Both the position numbers and the translations under genes were made by a program. DNA of 63,899 bases, filler included, from Octopus bimaculoides (Eukaryota), in NCBI RefSeq assembly GCF_001194135.2. It is 7 parts of 6 records of this genome, joined end to end, with 100 filler letters (N's around TTAATTAATTAA, not from the genome) between each part and the next. Parts side by side here need not be neighbours in the genome. Positions count along the whole stretch, not along the records: positions 33,319 to 48,172 come from NC_068982.1; positions 48,273 to 59,462 come from NC_068988.1; 5 more parts are not named here. One strand, 5' to 3'. Below, in pieces: positions 37,296 through 49,598 of this stretch (position 1 is its first letter; each line of letters opens with the position of its first letter). The notes beneath the pieces were generated by a model. The model was not told where the DNA came from. It saw nothing but the letters and a program-made list of their open reading frames with translations, and searched no databases.

Positions 37296-37703
37296 TGATA
37301 TGATGAAGTAGTTGTAAGCTGTCAACTTAATATGACAGTTCCCTGAAGGGAATAATACTACTGTTGGTTAGAACTAGGAAGCTGCACCACTTCCTGTCAG
37401 CCTTGACACATTTCCTGTGTCCTTATGTTTACAAGGGGGAGACAAGCACCTCCACCCAGCTAAGCCTGCATCCAGAGACATGTTTCTGAGACTGATGATG
37501 AGCAAAGACTCAGAAACATGTCTCTGGATGCAGGCTTAGCTGAGTGGAGGTGCTTGTCTCCCCCTTGTAAACATAAGGACACAGGAAATGTGTCAAGGCT
37601 GACATGAAGTGGTGCAGCTTCCTAGTTCTAACCAACAGTAGTATTTTTCCCTTCAGGGGACTGTCACATTAAGTTGACAGCATACAACTACTTCGTCGTA
37701 TCA
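37296..37703. mobile_element. Fold-back element, ~195-bp arms and 18-nt spacer, hammerhead at the axis
   Basis: 37296-37490 is the reverse complement of 37509-37703 with few mismatches. Confidence 0.92.
37489..37525 (+). ncRNA. Minimal type-I hammerhead ribozyme motif
   Basis: AGA-CTGATGA-TGAG-CAAAGA-CTCA-GAAA-CATG-TC-TCT; 4-bp helix II, palindromic helix III ACATGT, GUC triplet, 3-bp helix I. Confidence 0.7.
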
Positions 37704-39124
37704 CTACTGCATAAATCTCTCTGAGAGATTTAGAAATGTATTATTTCTAAACATGATATATGTTTTTAATATTTCAAATTATTAAGACAGCAAGCTGGGA
37801 GAATCATTAGCACTCTGGGTAAACGTTTCATGCCATTTTCATCCATCCTTACATGCCATTTTCATCCATCCTTACATGCCACTGAGGTTGACTTTGCCTT
37901 TTATCCTTTTAGAATTGATAAAATAAGTACCAGTTGAAAACTGGGGATCAATATAAATGGCTTACCCATCCCACAAAATATTTGGCCTTGTGCCAAAATT
38001 TGAAGCCAATGTTTCAAATTATTCACTGCCTTACTCAAATGTACCCCATGAACAAAAAATAGTTGATTCTTTTCAATGTCAATAAAATTAACACTGATCA
38101 CATTCACACACACACACACAGAGTTAAACTGTAATTCTTTGATCAACAATTGCAGCATGGAACACACATATTAGCCATTTAAAAACACAAAAACTGTTAA
38201 CTTCACTTAAACATTTATTATTTGGTCTTAAAATTTTCATTGCACCAACTGCGACCTGGTCACTGACACAGTTCTAATGATTTATTCAAACCTGCTCTAC
38301 TAAAACTGACTTCAAGTATATAAACAATGATTGTTTATGGGGTGAAATTTAGATTTAACGCTTACGAACATGAAAACTAAATAAGGCAAACCCATTTTCG
38401 TTAAAAAAATATTCCCAAGATAATTTCTTTATAAGAAAATAAGCTGTTTTCTGATATTTAATATTATACCATATCATAAAAGTTGACTTAACCACCTTCA
38501 GAAGTTGGATACTATGAATGGCAGGCCAAGAAAAAAAAAATGAATAAAAGCACGGCGGTAAGGTTGGGGATAACATTAGCAGACGTTTTAAAGTTTTAGG
38601 AGTGCAGATTCCATTTATTGATTTATGTTAAAGATTCCATGTTTCACCAAATATCAGAAATGTTTAGAGCTATAGACTCAAGGGAGATATTTCAGCCGTC
38701 AAAGCATGACTTGAAAATAAAAAGTACAAACAAAACAGTTACTTCCTAAGCATGTTCATTTGCTTGAAGCAAAATTTTTGAAAAGCAGATATTAACAAGA
38801 CAAAGTTAGCTATTTAATCAAGAATGGTGATATTTTAAATTTCTTCAAAAGATTAAATTTATACTACGACCAAATATTTTTGTAGTCATTTGATTGCTTA
38901 TTTATTTATTTATTTATTTATTCATTCATTCATTCTATGTATCTATAATGCTTTATCGTTCAAGTTTAGCATGCTAATCTATAACCTGCTTCTTGTCCAC
39001 ATTTGTGTATGCTGCAATCATATTCAAAGAGAAATGTTCTATAACCTTTTCCAGTGGGAGCAAATTTTCTTTTACATAACAAACTATAAAGATAATAGGC
39101 TTTCTCTCCAACCAGCCAAAACTG

Positions 39125-39453
39125 GCTCATGCACTCTGTTGGTTATAATAGCCAATGTTCCAATTGATTTGATCAATGGAACAGCCTGCTTGTGAAATTA
39201 ACATGCAAGTGGCTGAGTACAACACAGATACATGTACTCTTAATGCAATTCTTAGGGAGATTCAGTGTGACACACTAAATATGGCAAGGCTAGCCCATTG
39301 AACTGCAGGTAAAACTCAATTTTGCCATCTGAGTGGAGTGGAGCAACATGAAACAAAGTGTCTCACTCAAGGATGCAATACACTGCACAGAATTGAACTG
39401 AGACCTTATGATCATGAGACAAATACACTAACCACTAAGCCATGTGCTTTCAC
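39125..39453 (-). mobile_element. SINE family E, diverged
   Basis: Collinear with 18008-18334. Confidence 0.7.
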
Positions 39454-39515
39454 AAGCCAAGACTACCAAGCAAGTGTATATACATATGTGTATATATGTA
39501 TATACAAGCGAGTCC

Positions 39516-39559
<44 letters not shown>

Positions 39560-40060
39560 CTTCCTCCTCAACATCATCAGCGTTTAACATCCGTTTTCCA
39601 TGCTGGCATGGTTTGGACGGTTCGACTGGGGGTCTGGGAAGTCAGGAGGCTGCACCAGGCTCCAATCTAATCTGGCAGTGTTTTCTACAGCTTGATGCCC
39701 TTTCTAATGCCAACCACTCTGAGAGTGTAGTGGGTGCTTTTAACGTGCCACCGGCACAGGGGTCAGAGGGGGCTGGCATCAACTACGTTTGGATGGTGCT
39801 TTTACGTGCCACCACCACGAGAGCCAGAGGGGGCTGGCATTGACCACGTTTGGATGGTGCTTTTATATGCCACCGGCACAGGAGTCAGTCAAGGCTGCAC
39901 TGGCATTGGCCACGTTCGGATGGTGCTTTTCACATGCCACCAGCACAGGGTCCAGTCGGGGTGCAGGGGCTGGCATCAACCGTGTTTGGATGGTGCTTTT
40001 TACATGTCACCGGCACGGGGAGCCAGACAGGTGGTGCTGGCATTAGCCACATGTTGCAAT
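39560..40060 (-). mobile_element. Family C (RTE 3' UTR) with a ~60-69-bp tandem array
   Basis: Four to five units of CTGGCATY..CACGTTTGGATGGTGCTTTT..TGCCACCGGCAC at ~39771-40050. Confidence 0.85.
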
Positions 40061-40129
40061 TTGCTGTATTTGAGAAGACACACCAAACCAAGTAAAATCT
40101 CTACCATCCGTGCATGCAAGCTTGTCCTT

Positions 40130-40400
40130 CACAGGTGCTGGTGCCCCATAAAATCCACTTGTACCAGTGCTGTGTAAATGCACCCATGCCAATGGCATGT
40201 AAAAAGCACCTGACACACTCCGTAAAGTGGTTGGCATTAGGAAGGGCATCTAGCCATAGAAACCATGCCATAGCAGACAACTGGAGTCTGGACAGCTCCC
40301 CAGCTGGCCAGCTCCTGTCAAATTATCCAACCCATGCCAGCCCAATTATCCAACCCATTTTCCATGGAAAATGGATGTTAAACAATGATGCTGATGATGT
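40130..40400 (+). mobile_element. Family C (RTE 3' UTR), head-to-head with the previous copy
   Basis: AAAAGCACC..GTGGTTGGCATTAGGAAGGGCATC..ATGTTAAAC-(GAT)n. Confidence 0.8.
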
Positions 40401-40826
40401 ATGTATATACGTATGCATACATGTATACATGTATGCAAATATTGCTCTCCCCTTCTGTAATCCAAAAAGTTGTGGAAACAGTTAAAAAAACAATCCTTAA
40501 TGTTTGCCATGAAGTTACTTTCTCTCCTTAATGACATTGTTTCATATTGATTCTATGATATCTATTCTTTTGTCATATACTACGAGTCTTTTGTGAAGGT
40601 ATGTAACTCAGTATTTAGGCGTGTTGGGCTCACAATTATTAGGTCTCTGGTTTGATTCTCAAACTAGGTAACACATGTCCTTGAGCAAGGCACTTCATTC
40701 CACATTGCTCCAGTACAGCTAAAAATGAGTATCAATGATACATTAGGCTTTACAGTGCAATAGATTTGTGTACCATTGAGTGGGGGGTCTTTTTATTCTC
40801 TGCCTATATGACTTGAAAATCCAGTT

Positions 40827-41221
40827 GTTGGCATTTTTTTTTGGCATTCCGTCGCTTACGATGTCGAGGGTTCCAGTTGAACCGATCAACGGAACAGCCT
40901 GCTCGTGAAATTAACGTGCAAGTGGCTGAGCACTCCACAGACACGTGTACCCTTAACGTAGTTCTCGGGGATATTCAGCGTGACACAGTGTGACAAGGCT
41001 GACCCTTTGAATTACAGGCATAACAGAAACAGGAAGCAAGAGTGAGAGAAAGTTGTGGTGAAAGAGTACAGCAGGGTTCACCACAATCCCCTGCCAGAGC
41101 TTCGTGGAGCTTTAGGTGTTTTCGCTCAATAAACACTCACAATGCCCGGTCTGGGAATCGAAACCGCGATCCTATGACCGCGAGTCCGCTGCCCTAACCA
41201 CTGGGCCATTGCGCCTCCACA
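40827..41221 (-). mobile_element. SINE family D with 12-bp TSD
   Basis: Highly similar to 13794-14178; TSD GAAAATCCAGTT at 40815-40826 and 41222-41233. Confidence 0.92.
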
Positions 41222-41294
41222 GAAAATCCAGTTAAGTTCCAGCCTATAAGCTCAAGGCAGATGCTGTTAGTCTCTTATGCTTGAAAATTTGTAT

Positions 41295-41477
41295 ATAAGG
41301 AAGCATCCAGTATTCACTGTAAAGTGGTTGGCATTAGGAAGCTGTTTGTAGAAACCATGCCAAAGAGGACACCAGAGTTTAACACAACCCTGCAGCTTGC
41401 TGGATCCTGTCAAAACATTCAACCTGTGCCAGCATGTAAAGCAGACATTAAATGATGATGATGATGATGATGATGAA
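41295..41477 (+). mobile_element. Family C fragment
   Basis: C tail followed by (GAT)n. Confidence 0.75.
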
Positions 41478-41934
41478 ATTGTTGGTTCTCCAGAGGCCAA
41501 CGATGTATGAGAAAAGTGTGAGTGTCATAGAATTTATATAAGACAGTGTTATTAAGGGTGAGAAAATAACTTCAGATTGGCAAACTAGGAGATTTTTGTT
41601 TTTTAATCAGTAAATACTTCAAACTGAGAATCTTTTAAAAGGCATCAATATAATTGAATCTCCTACTATGAAAGCAACCTGTCTGTCAGGTCACAGTTAA
41701 TGGTGTTGGGGACACTGTCAAGTTCTCACATACTGAACTCAAATGCACCTAAGGCTTCTGTTATCTTTTCCAAAATTGACTTCTCTGCTTTAATGACTTC
41801 CTCCCTTGCCCTTGTAACCACACATACTTCGATAACAATGATTTTAATGAAATAATTTTGCTTCGGTTGACAGCTCAAGAATCCTGAAAGTACATGTTAC
41901 GAGAAAGCAAACCCACAACAGCTATACTAGAATT

Positions 41935-44118
41935 TCATCATGATCATCATGATCATGATCATCATCATCATTTAACATCCGCTTTCCATGCTGGCATGGG
42001 TTGGACGGTTTGACTGGGCTGGCACGTTGGAAGGCTGCACAAGACTCCAGTCTGGTTTGGCATGATTTTCTATGGCTGGATGCCCTTCCTAACACCAACC
42101 ACTCCAAGAGTGTAATGGGTGCTTTTATATGCCACTGGCACAGGTGCCATTTGCATGACACCAGGGTGCTTTTACATGCCATCAGCATGAGTGATAATTT
42201 GTGTGACACCAGTATCTCCCATGACTGCGATTTTGCTCAGTTTGATGGGTCTTCTCAAGCACAACATAATGCCAAAAGTCTTAGTCATTGCCTCTGTGAG
42301 ACCCAACACTCGAAAGGAACTCAGCCACTTTGCTCCATGAGGCCCACCGCTCAAAAGTTTTCATTACATGCCACCAGTACGGGTGCACTTGGCTTGATAA
42401 GTCCTCTCAAGCACAGCACATCACCAAAGGTCTTGGTCACTAATCATTGCCTCTGTGAGGCCCAAAGTTTGAAGATCATGCTTCACCATCTCCTCCCATG
42501 TCTACCTCTACCACAGGTTCCTCCCACAGTTCAGCACTTCTTTACACAGCTGTCCTCATCCATATGCATCACATGACCATACCAGCACAGTCGTCTCTCT
42601 TGCACACCACATCTGATATCTCTTATGCCTAACTTTTCTCTCAACATACTTACACTCAGTCGAACATGCACACTGACATTGTACATCCAACAAAGCATAC
42701 CGGCTTCATTTCTTTCATACCCACACATATTCTCAGCTGTCACAACCCATGTTTCACTGCCAGTCTGCATAGCTGTTTGCACACAGGCATCAAACAATCT
42801 ATCTTTCACTCTGAGAGAAATGCCTTTTGTTGCTAGCAGAGGTAGGAGCTCTGAACTTTGCCCAGCCTAATCTTATTCACACAGTTATGTTCTCGGAGCA
42901 TCCACCTCTACGACTAACTTGGTTACCTAGATAATTGAAACTAACTACTACCTCTAGCTTGCCCCACTGGCAGTTGATGGAGTCTATTTTCTGCACATTT
43001 TCAGCATTTATTGTACCTGTGCATCTTTCACATACAAAAGCTAGTTTCCCTGTTAACCTTCCTCTAATATTGCTACACCTTTTATCTGTCCAAAGCTTAC
43101 ACCGGGTGCATCTTATGGAGTTTCTACCTACATCTTTTCTACAGATTGAGCAGGGCCATCTACCTGAAGGGATTAGAGATTTGTCTGCCTTCCTACTTTC
43201 TAAGACTTTAGTTTTTGCTAGGTTAACTCTAAGGCTCTTTGATTCTAGACCTTGCTTCCATACTTGGAAATTCTCTAGTTCAGGTAGTGATTCAACTATA
43301 AGAGTAAGGTCATTAGCATAGAGGAGCTCCCAGGGGCAGCCTCTCTTGAATTCCTCTGTTATTGCCTGGAGGACAAGAGAGGGCTGAGTACTAATCGTTG
43401 GTGAACCCCTACTTGTACCCTGAATTCTTCCCTGTACTCATTGCCAACCCTCACCTTACTGACAACATCCCTGTACATAGCTTGTACAGCTTTCACCAAC
43501 CACTTGTCTATCCTTAGTTTCTGCATCGACCACCAGATAAGGGATCAGGGGACCCTGTCAAAGGCTTTCTCCAAGTCAACAAAGACCAAGTACAGAGGTT
43601 TATCTTTGGTTAGGAATTACTCCTGCAGCTGCCTTACCAGAAATATAGCATCAGTGGTGCTTCTCCCAGGCACAAAACTAAACTGCATCTCATCTAGACT
43701 AACTCTCTTCCTAATTAGTTGGGCTATGACTCTTACTGTAACTTTCATTACCTTATCCAGCAATTTGATACTTCTGTAATTATTTCTATCTAAGGCATCA
43801 CTTTTACCTTTGAAGCAGCTGACTATGGCACTGCTACATCAGTCATTGGCATGACTCTTTCATGAACCACCTGATTTACAATACAGGCGATTGGACTATA
43901 ACCTACACTGCCAGATATTTTAAGCATCTCAGTGGTGATACCTGATGAGCTGGGGGGGGTTTTCTCTCACACACTGTCTTGCAATCCAAAACACTTCACT
44001 TATTTGGTCCTCACATCGCTGACCATAGGCAAACTTCTTTTCTGCTTCTCCCTTCGTTAGATATACTTGTCTCTTAGTATCCCTTCTGGCAATTTTATAC
44101 AGTTTCCTGCTACTTCCA
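41935..44118 (-). mobile_element. RTE-clade LINE, 5'-truncated; its 3' UTR equals family C
   Basis: PLELLYANDLTL (RT YADD region), KDRLFDACVQTAM..GSETW..ERRLCWYGHVMHMDEDSCVKKC; continues into the C tail and (GAT)n. Confidence 0.9.
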
Positions 44119-44142
44119 ATTTATTTATAATTAATGATTTCT

Positions 44143-44297
44143 TAAAAAGCACCCAGTACACTTTGTAAAGTGGTTGGCATTAGGAAGAGCATCCAGCTGT
44201 AGAAACCAAACCTAAACAGACTATGGAACTTGGTGTGGCTCCTTGCCTTTCCTGCTACTGTCAAATGTTCCACCCATGCCAGCATGGAAACTGGATG

Positions 44298-44332
<35 letters not shown>
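44143..44332 (+). mobile_element. Family C fragment
   Basis: C tail followed by (GAT)n. Confidence 0.8.
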
Positions 44333-45139
44333 CATAGGCATGAGACTTCAAATTTGGAAGGTAAAAGGCAAAGTTGATCTGGGAAGGATTTGAACTAAGA
44401 ACAAAACAGCAAAAAGACAACAAAAAAAAAATCAAAAATACAGCAAGGCATTTTTGACAAATGCTCTAACCATTCTGCCTACTCAAACTGTCTCTCAAAT
44501 CTAAAAGGTGAAGCTGACCTCAGCGGGATTTGAGCTCAGAACAAAAAGAGCTGAAAAAAAAAAATCACAAGACATTTTTGTTCAATGTTCCAACAATTCT
44601 GCCTGCCCATTGCCTGTATAAATACCCAAGCTATCTTTCCAACCATAAAAACAGAGCTTCTATGTGGTTGTCTGATTTGTTAGAAATAACAGCCAAACCT
44701 CCCTCATATAACACCACACTATCTTAGAAACAGTGAGAGATCCTTTCAACACTGTTGTTGTAGAGATATAACAAAAAGATAGGTTCATAGGTCTGCTTTA
44801 TCAGGGTTGACCTGTGACTAAATAGTAACAACAACAAGAACAAATTGTTTCACATCCTGCATAAATCTGCCAATCTCTGCTCTCTGATAACCTTTCTTGG
44901 CAACCCTGCATTCTTCACATTCTCTAAAATTTGTTTTTCTTGTCACAGTCCCTTGAAATACTCCAGCTGTTAATTCTAATATACAGCACTTCAATACATC
45001 CTACTCCAACCTGTAGTAACTACAAATTTATTTGAGATAGTGCGTGTAACATATATACTCAAAATTATTTGTAAAACAACAGATATTTTTATGGTAGGCA
45101 AAATTTGAACTCAGAATGTAGCGATGGGCAAAATACTGC

Positions 45140-45202
<63 letters not shown>

Positions 45203-45204
45203 AC

Positions 45205-45600
45205 ATCCATCTTTACATTCTGAGTTCAAATTTTGCTGAGGTTGACTTAACCTTTCATCCTTTCAGGGTCAATAAATTAAGTACCAGTGAAAACACTGGG
45301 GTCGATGTAATTGACTACTCCCCTTCCCCACAAATTTCAGCCTTGTGCCTTTAGTAGAAAGGATTATTATTATCATTAAGATGGCGAGCTGGCAGAAGTA
45401 TTAACACACTGGACAAAATGCTTAGCAATATTTTGCCCATTACTACATTCTGAATTCAAGTTCCGCCAAGGTCACTTTGTCTTTCATCCTTTTGGGGTCG
45501 ATAAATTAAGTACCAGTGAAACACTGGGTCAATGTAATTGACTAGTCTCCTCCCCACATATCTGAGGCCTTGTGCTTCCTGTAGAAAGGATTATTATTAT
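45205..45600 (+). mobile_element. Two tandem family B SINEs with (ATT)n-type tails
   Basis: ~45205-45375 (5'-truncated) and ~45379-45600; both end ..GTAGAAAGGATTATTATT. Confidence 0.8.
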
Positions 45601-45825
45601 TATTACTATAAAAATGTAGTGGATTGATAGTATCGTTACAATGGTGGAAAAATTGCCCTATGGTATTATTTGTCCTGCCTATTTACATTGAGTCCAAATT
45701 CCACAGGGGTCAACTTGACCTTTCATTCCTCTGCTGTAAATAAAATAAAATAAAGTAGTGGGTGGGATCAATGTAATCAACTCTTTTGAAAATTTCTAAC
45801 CTTCATTATTACTGAATATATACTC

Positions 45826-46037
45826 TTTTATTCTTTTACTCTTTTACTTGTTTCAGTCATTTGACTGTGGCCATGCTGGAGCACCGCCTTTAGTCGAGCA
45901 AATCGACTCTAGGACTTATTTTTTGGAAGCCTAGTACTTATTCTATCGGTCTCTTTTGCCGAACCGCTAAGTTACAGGGACATAAACACATCAGCATCGG
46001 TTGTCAAGCAATGCTAGGGGGGACAAACACAGACACA

Positions 46038-46104
<67 letters not shown>

Positions 46105-46205
46105 GACGGGCTTCTTTCAGTTTCCGTCTACCAAATCCACTCACAAGGCTTTGTTTGGTCAGCCCAAGGCTATAGTAGAAGACACTCGCCCAAGGTGCCA
46201 TGCAG
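45826..46205 (-). mobile_element. SINE family A, 5'-truncated
   Basis: Reverse-complement match to 34160-34505. Confidence 0.85.
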
Positions 46206-47814
46206 TAATTTCTCTTTTACTGTATCATTACATGTCATACCATTTTCTCTTCTCCTACTAGTACAAAGCTCTCTATTTTTTTTTCTGGAGAAGGAGAGGA
46301 ACAGAGGCAATTATTTATTTGTTGTCCAAATAGAGGTTGAAAGTTCAAACCCTGTTAAACTCTCACCCTAAGCTTTAACACTGAGCAATAAAGTATCTCT
46401 TGCACTTTTATGAAAGGAACAAAATGCAAACTATTCTAGCAACTGGAAAGTGGCAGGAAGTGATAGAGCAGGATGAATTGACATAATGCAAATGATGCAA
46501 TAAAATATATTATATGAATCATAGGAAAAGGTTACATCTCATTTTGGATCAGCAATTAAAAGTACAAAGATGTTTATCATCATCATCAACACAATCATCA
46601 TCATCACTATCCTCATTAATTGTTTAGCTTCTCTGCTGGCATGGGTTGGGCAGTTTGACAGAGTCTGGTGAGTGGAAGGACTGCATCATGTCTCAATCGC
46701 TACTTTGGCATGGTTTCTTACGACTGGATGCCCTTCCAAACACCAACCTTTCTACAGAGTGTATTAGGTGCTTTTTCTTCATGGCAACAATACTGATGAC
46801 GATCACTTTTGAAACTTGCAAGACTGAAGGTCTAAAGTGGCCCCTATAACTGAGGGAGGACAGAAGAGAAAGTGAACTATGATCCTAGGAAGGAGAGCAA
46901 TTAAGAGATGCAGAGGGGGAAGTATAGTAGAAAATAGGGGAGAAGGAAAGGGTTTGCAATATGGTTAAGGAAAATGGAGGGTAGAGTCAAAAGACCCTAT
47001 GTGCCAGTACCTCAACTTTACAATTTCTAATTTTCAGTTCTAATATAAACTGCTGGAGCTAAAGATACCCTGGTTGCCAACACCCAACTTACTCTCCAGA
47101 TGCTACATGTTAACAGATTTATAATGTAACCATTCTAATTGTGGAGCCTCAACAGAGCCCTGCATCATTATTTTCATCACTACCTTCCTGTGCCGGGAGT
47201 CAGTAATTTGTCTAGAGCTATCCATCATTATAAGGAGTAAGTATGGACAGGTGTGAGGGAAAAAAGATAGGAAGGGAGCCAGAGACTAGGGTGGAAAGGG
47301 ATTCTGAGAGAATCATTGAAAGGAAGAGAGGTAGAGAAATGTGGTGAGGGGCCGTGAAAGGTTATAATTATTCTACCACACAGAACTGGCTGTGTAGTAG
47401 AATAACTCAACAGTACAGAAGAAATGCCACCAATGTCAATGAATTTCTCCAGAGAAAAAAAATTACCGATATAGTTCCTCAATAGTTTTCTTTTCTTCTT
47501 TTAACAAAAGTTATATAACTATGGGAACTGTCTAAATACACACCAATATTCAATTATTTAATTAGTGTAATGAGCCAAAATATAAATGCCATGTTTGAAA
47601 AAAATGACACACTGTTAAGCCTACAGCCAAATTTTTTGACATGACTCATTGCTGGTTTGTAACAATTATGATTTCAGTCTTCTATGTATTGTAAACTTAT
47701 TCAGTTACACTCATTTTAGGATAGACACTGCTTAGTATGATAGCAAATATTAGAACAGGATGAAACAAACACTACTTGTAAAATTCTACTCTGTTTCCTT
47801 TGTTTATGTTGTAG

Positions 47815-48172
47815 GAGAGAAATGTGTTCGCATGGATGATGGTACGCTTGCACTAAATGAGGATGCAAAGAAAGAGGTCTGGAGATGCCACTACGATAGA
47901 TTGCTTAATAAAGACAATGAATGGGAGAAAGAGAGCCTGCCGTATGTCGACCCAATAGAGGGACCAGCTATCCGAGTTGATAGTACCAGGGTAGATAAAG
48001 CAATTAAGAGTATGAAGACAAGGGAAAGCCCCTGGCCCATCAGGAATCACTGCAGAGATGCTCAAAATATCTGGCAGTGTTGGCTACAGCCTAGTCACCC
48101 GTATTACGAACCAGGTGATACACGAAGGAGTCATACCCAATGACTGGTGTAGCAGCATCATAGTCAACTGCT
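47815..48172 (+). mobile_element. RTE-clade LINE fragment (region upstream of the RT core)
   Basis: GEKCVRMDDGTLALNEDAKKEVWRCHYDRLLN..; PGPSGITAEMLKISG..IPNDWCSSIIVNC; same family as 41935-44118. Confidence 0.85.
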
Positions 48173-48272
48173 NNNNNNNNNNNNNNNNNNNNNNNNNNNN
48201 NNNNNNNNNNNNNNNNTTAATTAATTAANNNNNNNNNNNNNNNNNNNNNNNNNNNNNNNNNNNNNNNNNNNN
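48173..48272. other. Artificial scaffold linker
   Basis: 44N-TTAATTAATTAA(48217-48228)-44N. Confidence 0.95.
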
Positions 48273-48472
48273 ATTATTATTATTATTCAGGTCACTACCT
48301 GGAATCGAACTTGGAATCTTGGGGTTAATAGCCCGCGCTCATAACCACTACTCCACATTCCCGTGGGCCCACAAGCATATGGCGTAGTGGTTAAGAGCGC
48401 GGGCTACTAACCTCAAGATTCCAAGTTCAATTCCAGGTAGTGACCTGAATAATAATAATAATAATAATAATA
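48273..48472. mobile_element. Head-to-head palindrome of two tRNA-like units with (AAT)n ends
   Basis: Centre GGGCCC at 48365-48370; plus-strand A box TGGCGTAGTGG (48380-48390) and B box GTTCAATTC (48425-48433); mirrored on the minus strand (TGGAGTAGTGG, GTTCGATTCC). Confidence 0.85.
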
Positions 48473-48545
48473 ACATCGAAACATACCTTAGGAATAAGAA
48501 CCCAGGCTTTATTTTGCTGGGTATGATGGGAAGTGTCAGCTGTCC

Positions 48546-49235
48546 ACAGCCACCAAACTAAGGTGACACTTGTTTACCGATAACGCTCCAAGAACTCTGC
48601 AAAGAACTCTTGCAGTTCCAAACAATGACGATTTTTGTAGGTGTTGTAGGATTCTTGTAGGGTTTGCTCCGATTTCTTTGAACCAGGTTGATAGTTGGGC
48701 ACTGATATTACCGAGCGCACCAATCACTATTGGTATCACGCCTGCTTTCTTCATTGCCCACAACCTACGTATTTCCCACTTCAATTCATCATAGTTGTTC
48801 ACTTGTTCTTTTTCTTTCTCTTCAATCTTCTCGTCACCAGAACATGCTATATCAATGATTGGGTAAGTTTTTTTTCCCTTATCTGTTCACCACAACAATG
48901 TCAAGTTTTCGACGTTTAATTTAACAGTCATACTGAATCACGGCACCCACCAGGATTTTGGAATTCTCCTCAGTAACTTCTTGTGGGATTTGGTCATACC
49001 TCGTCTTTGATCTTTCTCATTCATAATTTCCACAAACTCTCAATGCATTATTCTTGCCACATTGTCATCTTGCCTTTTGTATTCACGTTTAGCCAGTTTC
49101 GGGCATTCACTAACAATATGTCACACTATTTCACTTCTCTTACAACACATTCTTCATTTGTTGTTTTATCGATTCTGCCCTTCACATAATTTGCTCTCAG
49201 TGCTTGTTCTGTCTGGGATTTACATGATCACGACT
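48546..49235 (-). mobile_element. R4/Dong-type LINE C-terminal remnant (zinc knuckle and RLE)
   Basis: QALRANYVKGRID..HIVSECPKLAKREYKR..RKLDIVVVN..IIDIACSGD..KEKEQVNNYDELKWEIRRLW..IPIVIGALG..LQKSSLFGTARVL. Confidence 0.85.
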
Positions 49236-49364
49236 GGCCATAGAAAGACAGCGGTGGAGAGAGTCCAGGGATGAAGCCCTGGTTGAAGTGGGAATTTAGT
49301 TTAACCCTTAGGTACCAACACATAGGCAACATTGCAATACATATACACAATATTTCACATCGTT

Positions 49365-49598
49365 AAGGCGGCGAGCTGGCAGAAACGTTAGCATGCCGGG
49401 CGAAATGCTGAGCGGTATTTCGTCTGCCTTTAAGTCCTGAGTTCAAATTCCGTCGAAGTCGACTTTGCCTTTCATCCTTTCGGGGTCGATAAATTAAGTA
49501 CCAATTACGCACTGGGGTCGATCTAATCGACTTAATCCCTTTGTTTGTCCTTGTTTGTCCCTTCTATGGTTAGCCCCCTGTGGGCAATAAAGAAATAA
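49365..49598 (+). mobile_element. SINE family B, full length
   Basis: Reference copy; flanking direct repeat AATATTTCAC at 49349-49358 and 49598-49607. Confidence 0.9.

Noticed and set aside
39771-40050. Repeat-spacer-like array resembling CRISPR
   Set aside because: The units are degenerate tandem repeats inside a LINE 3' UTR in eukaryotic DNA, with no unique spacers and no cas genes.
46793-46826. CTGATGA..GAAA-CTTGCAAG-AC
   Set aside because: The essential U16.1 and helix I are missing, and the sequence is a mutated part of a family C variant.
48375-48445. Functional tRNA gene
   Set aside because: The acceptor stem is not convincing, there is no T-run terminator, and it is embedded in a palindromic repeat, so it is treated as tRNA-derived.
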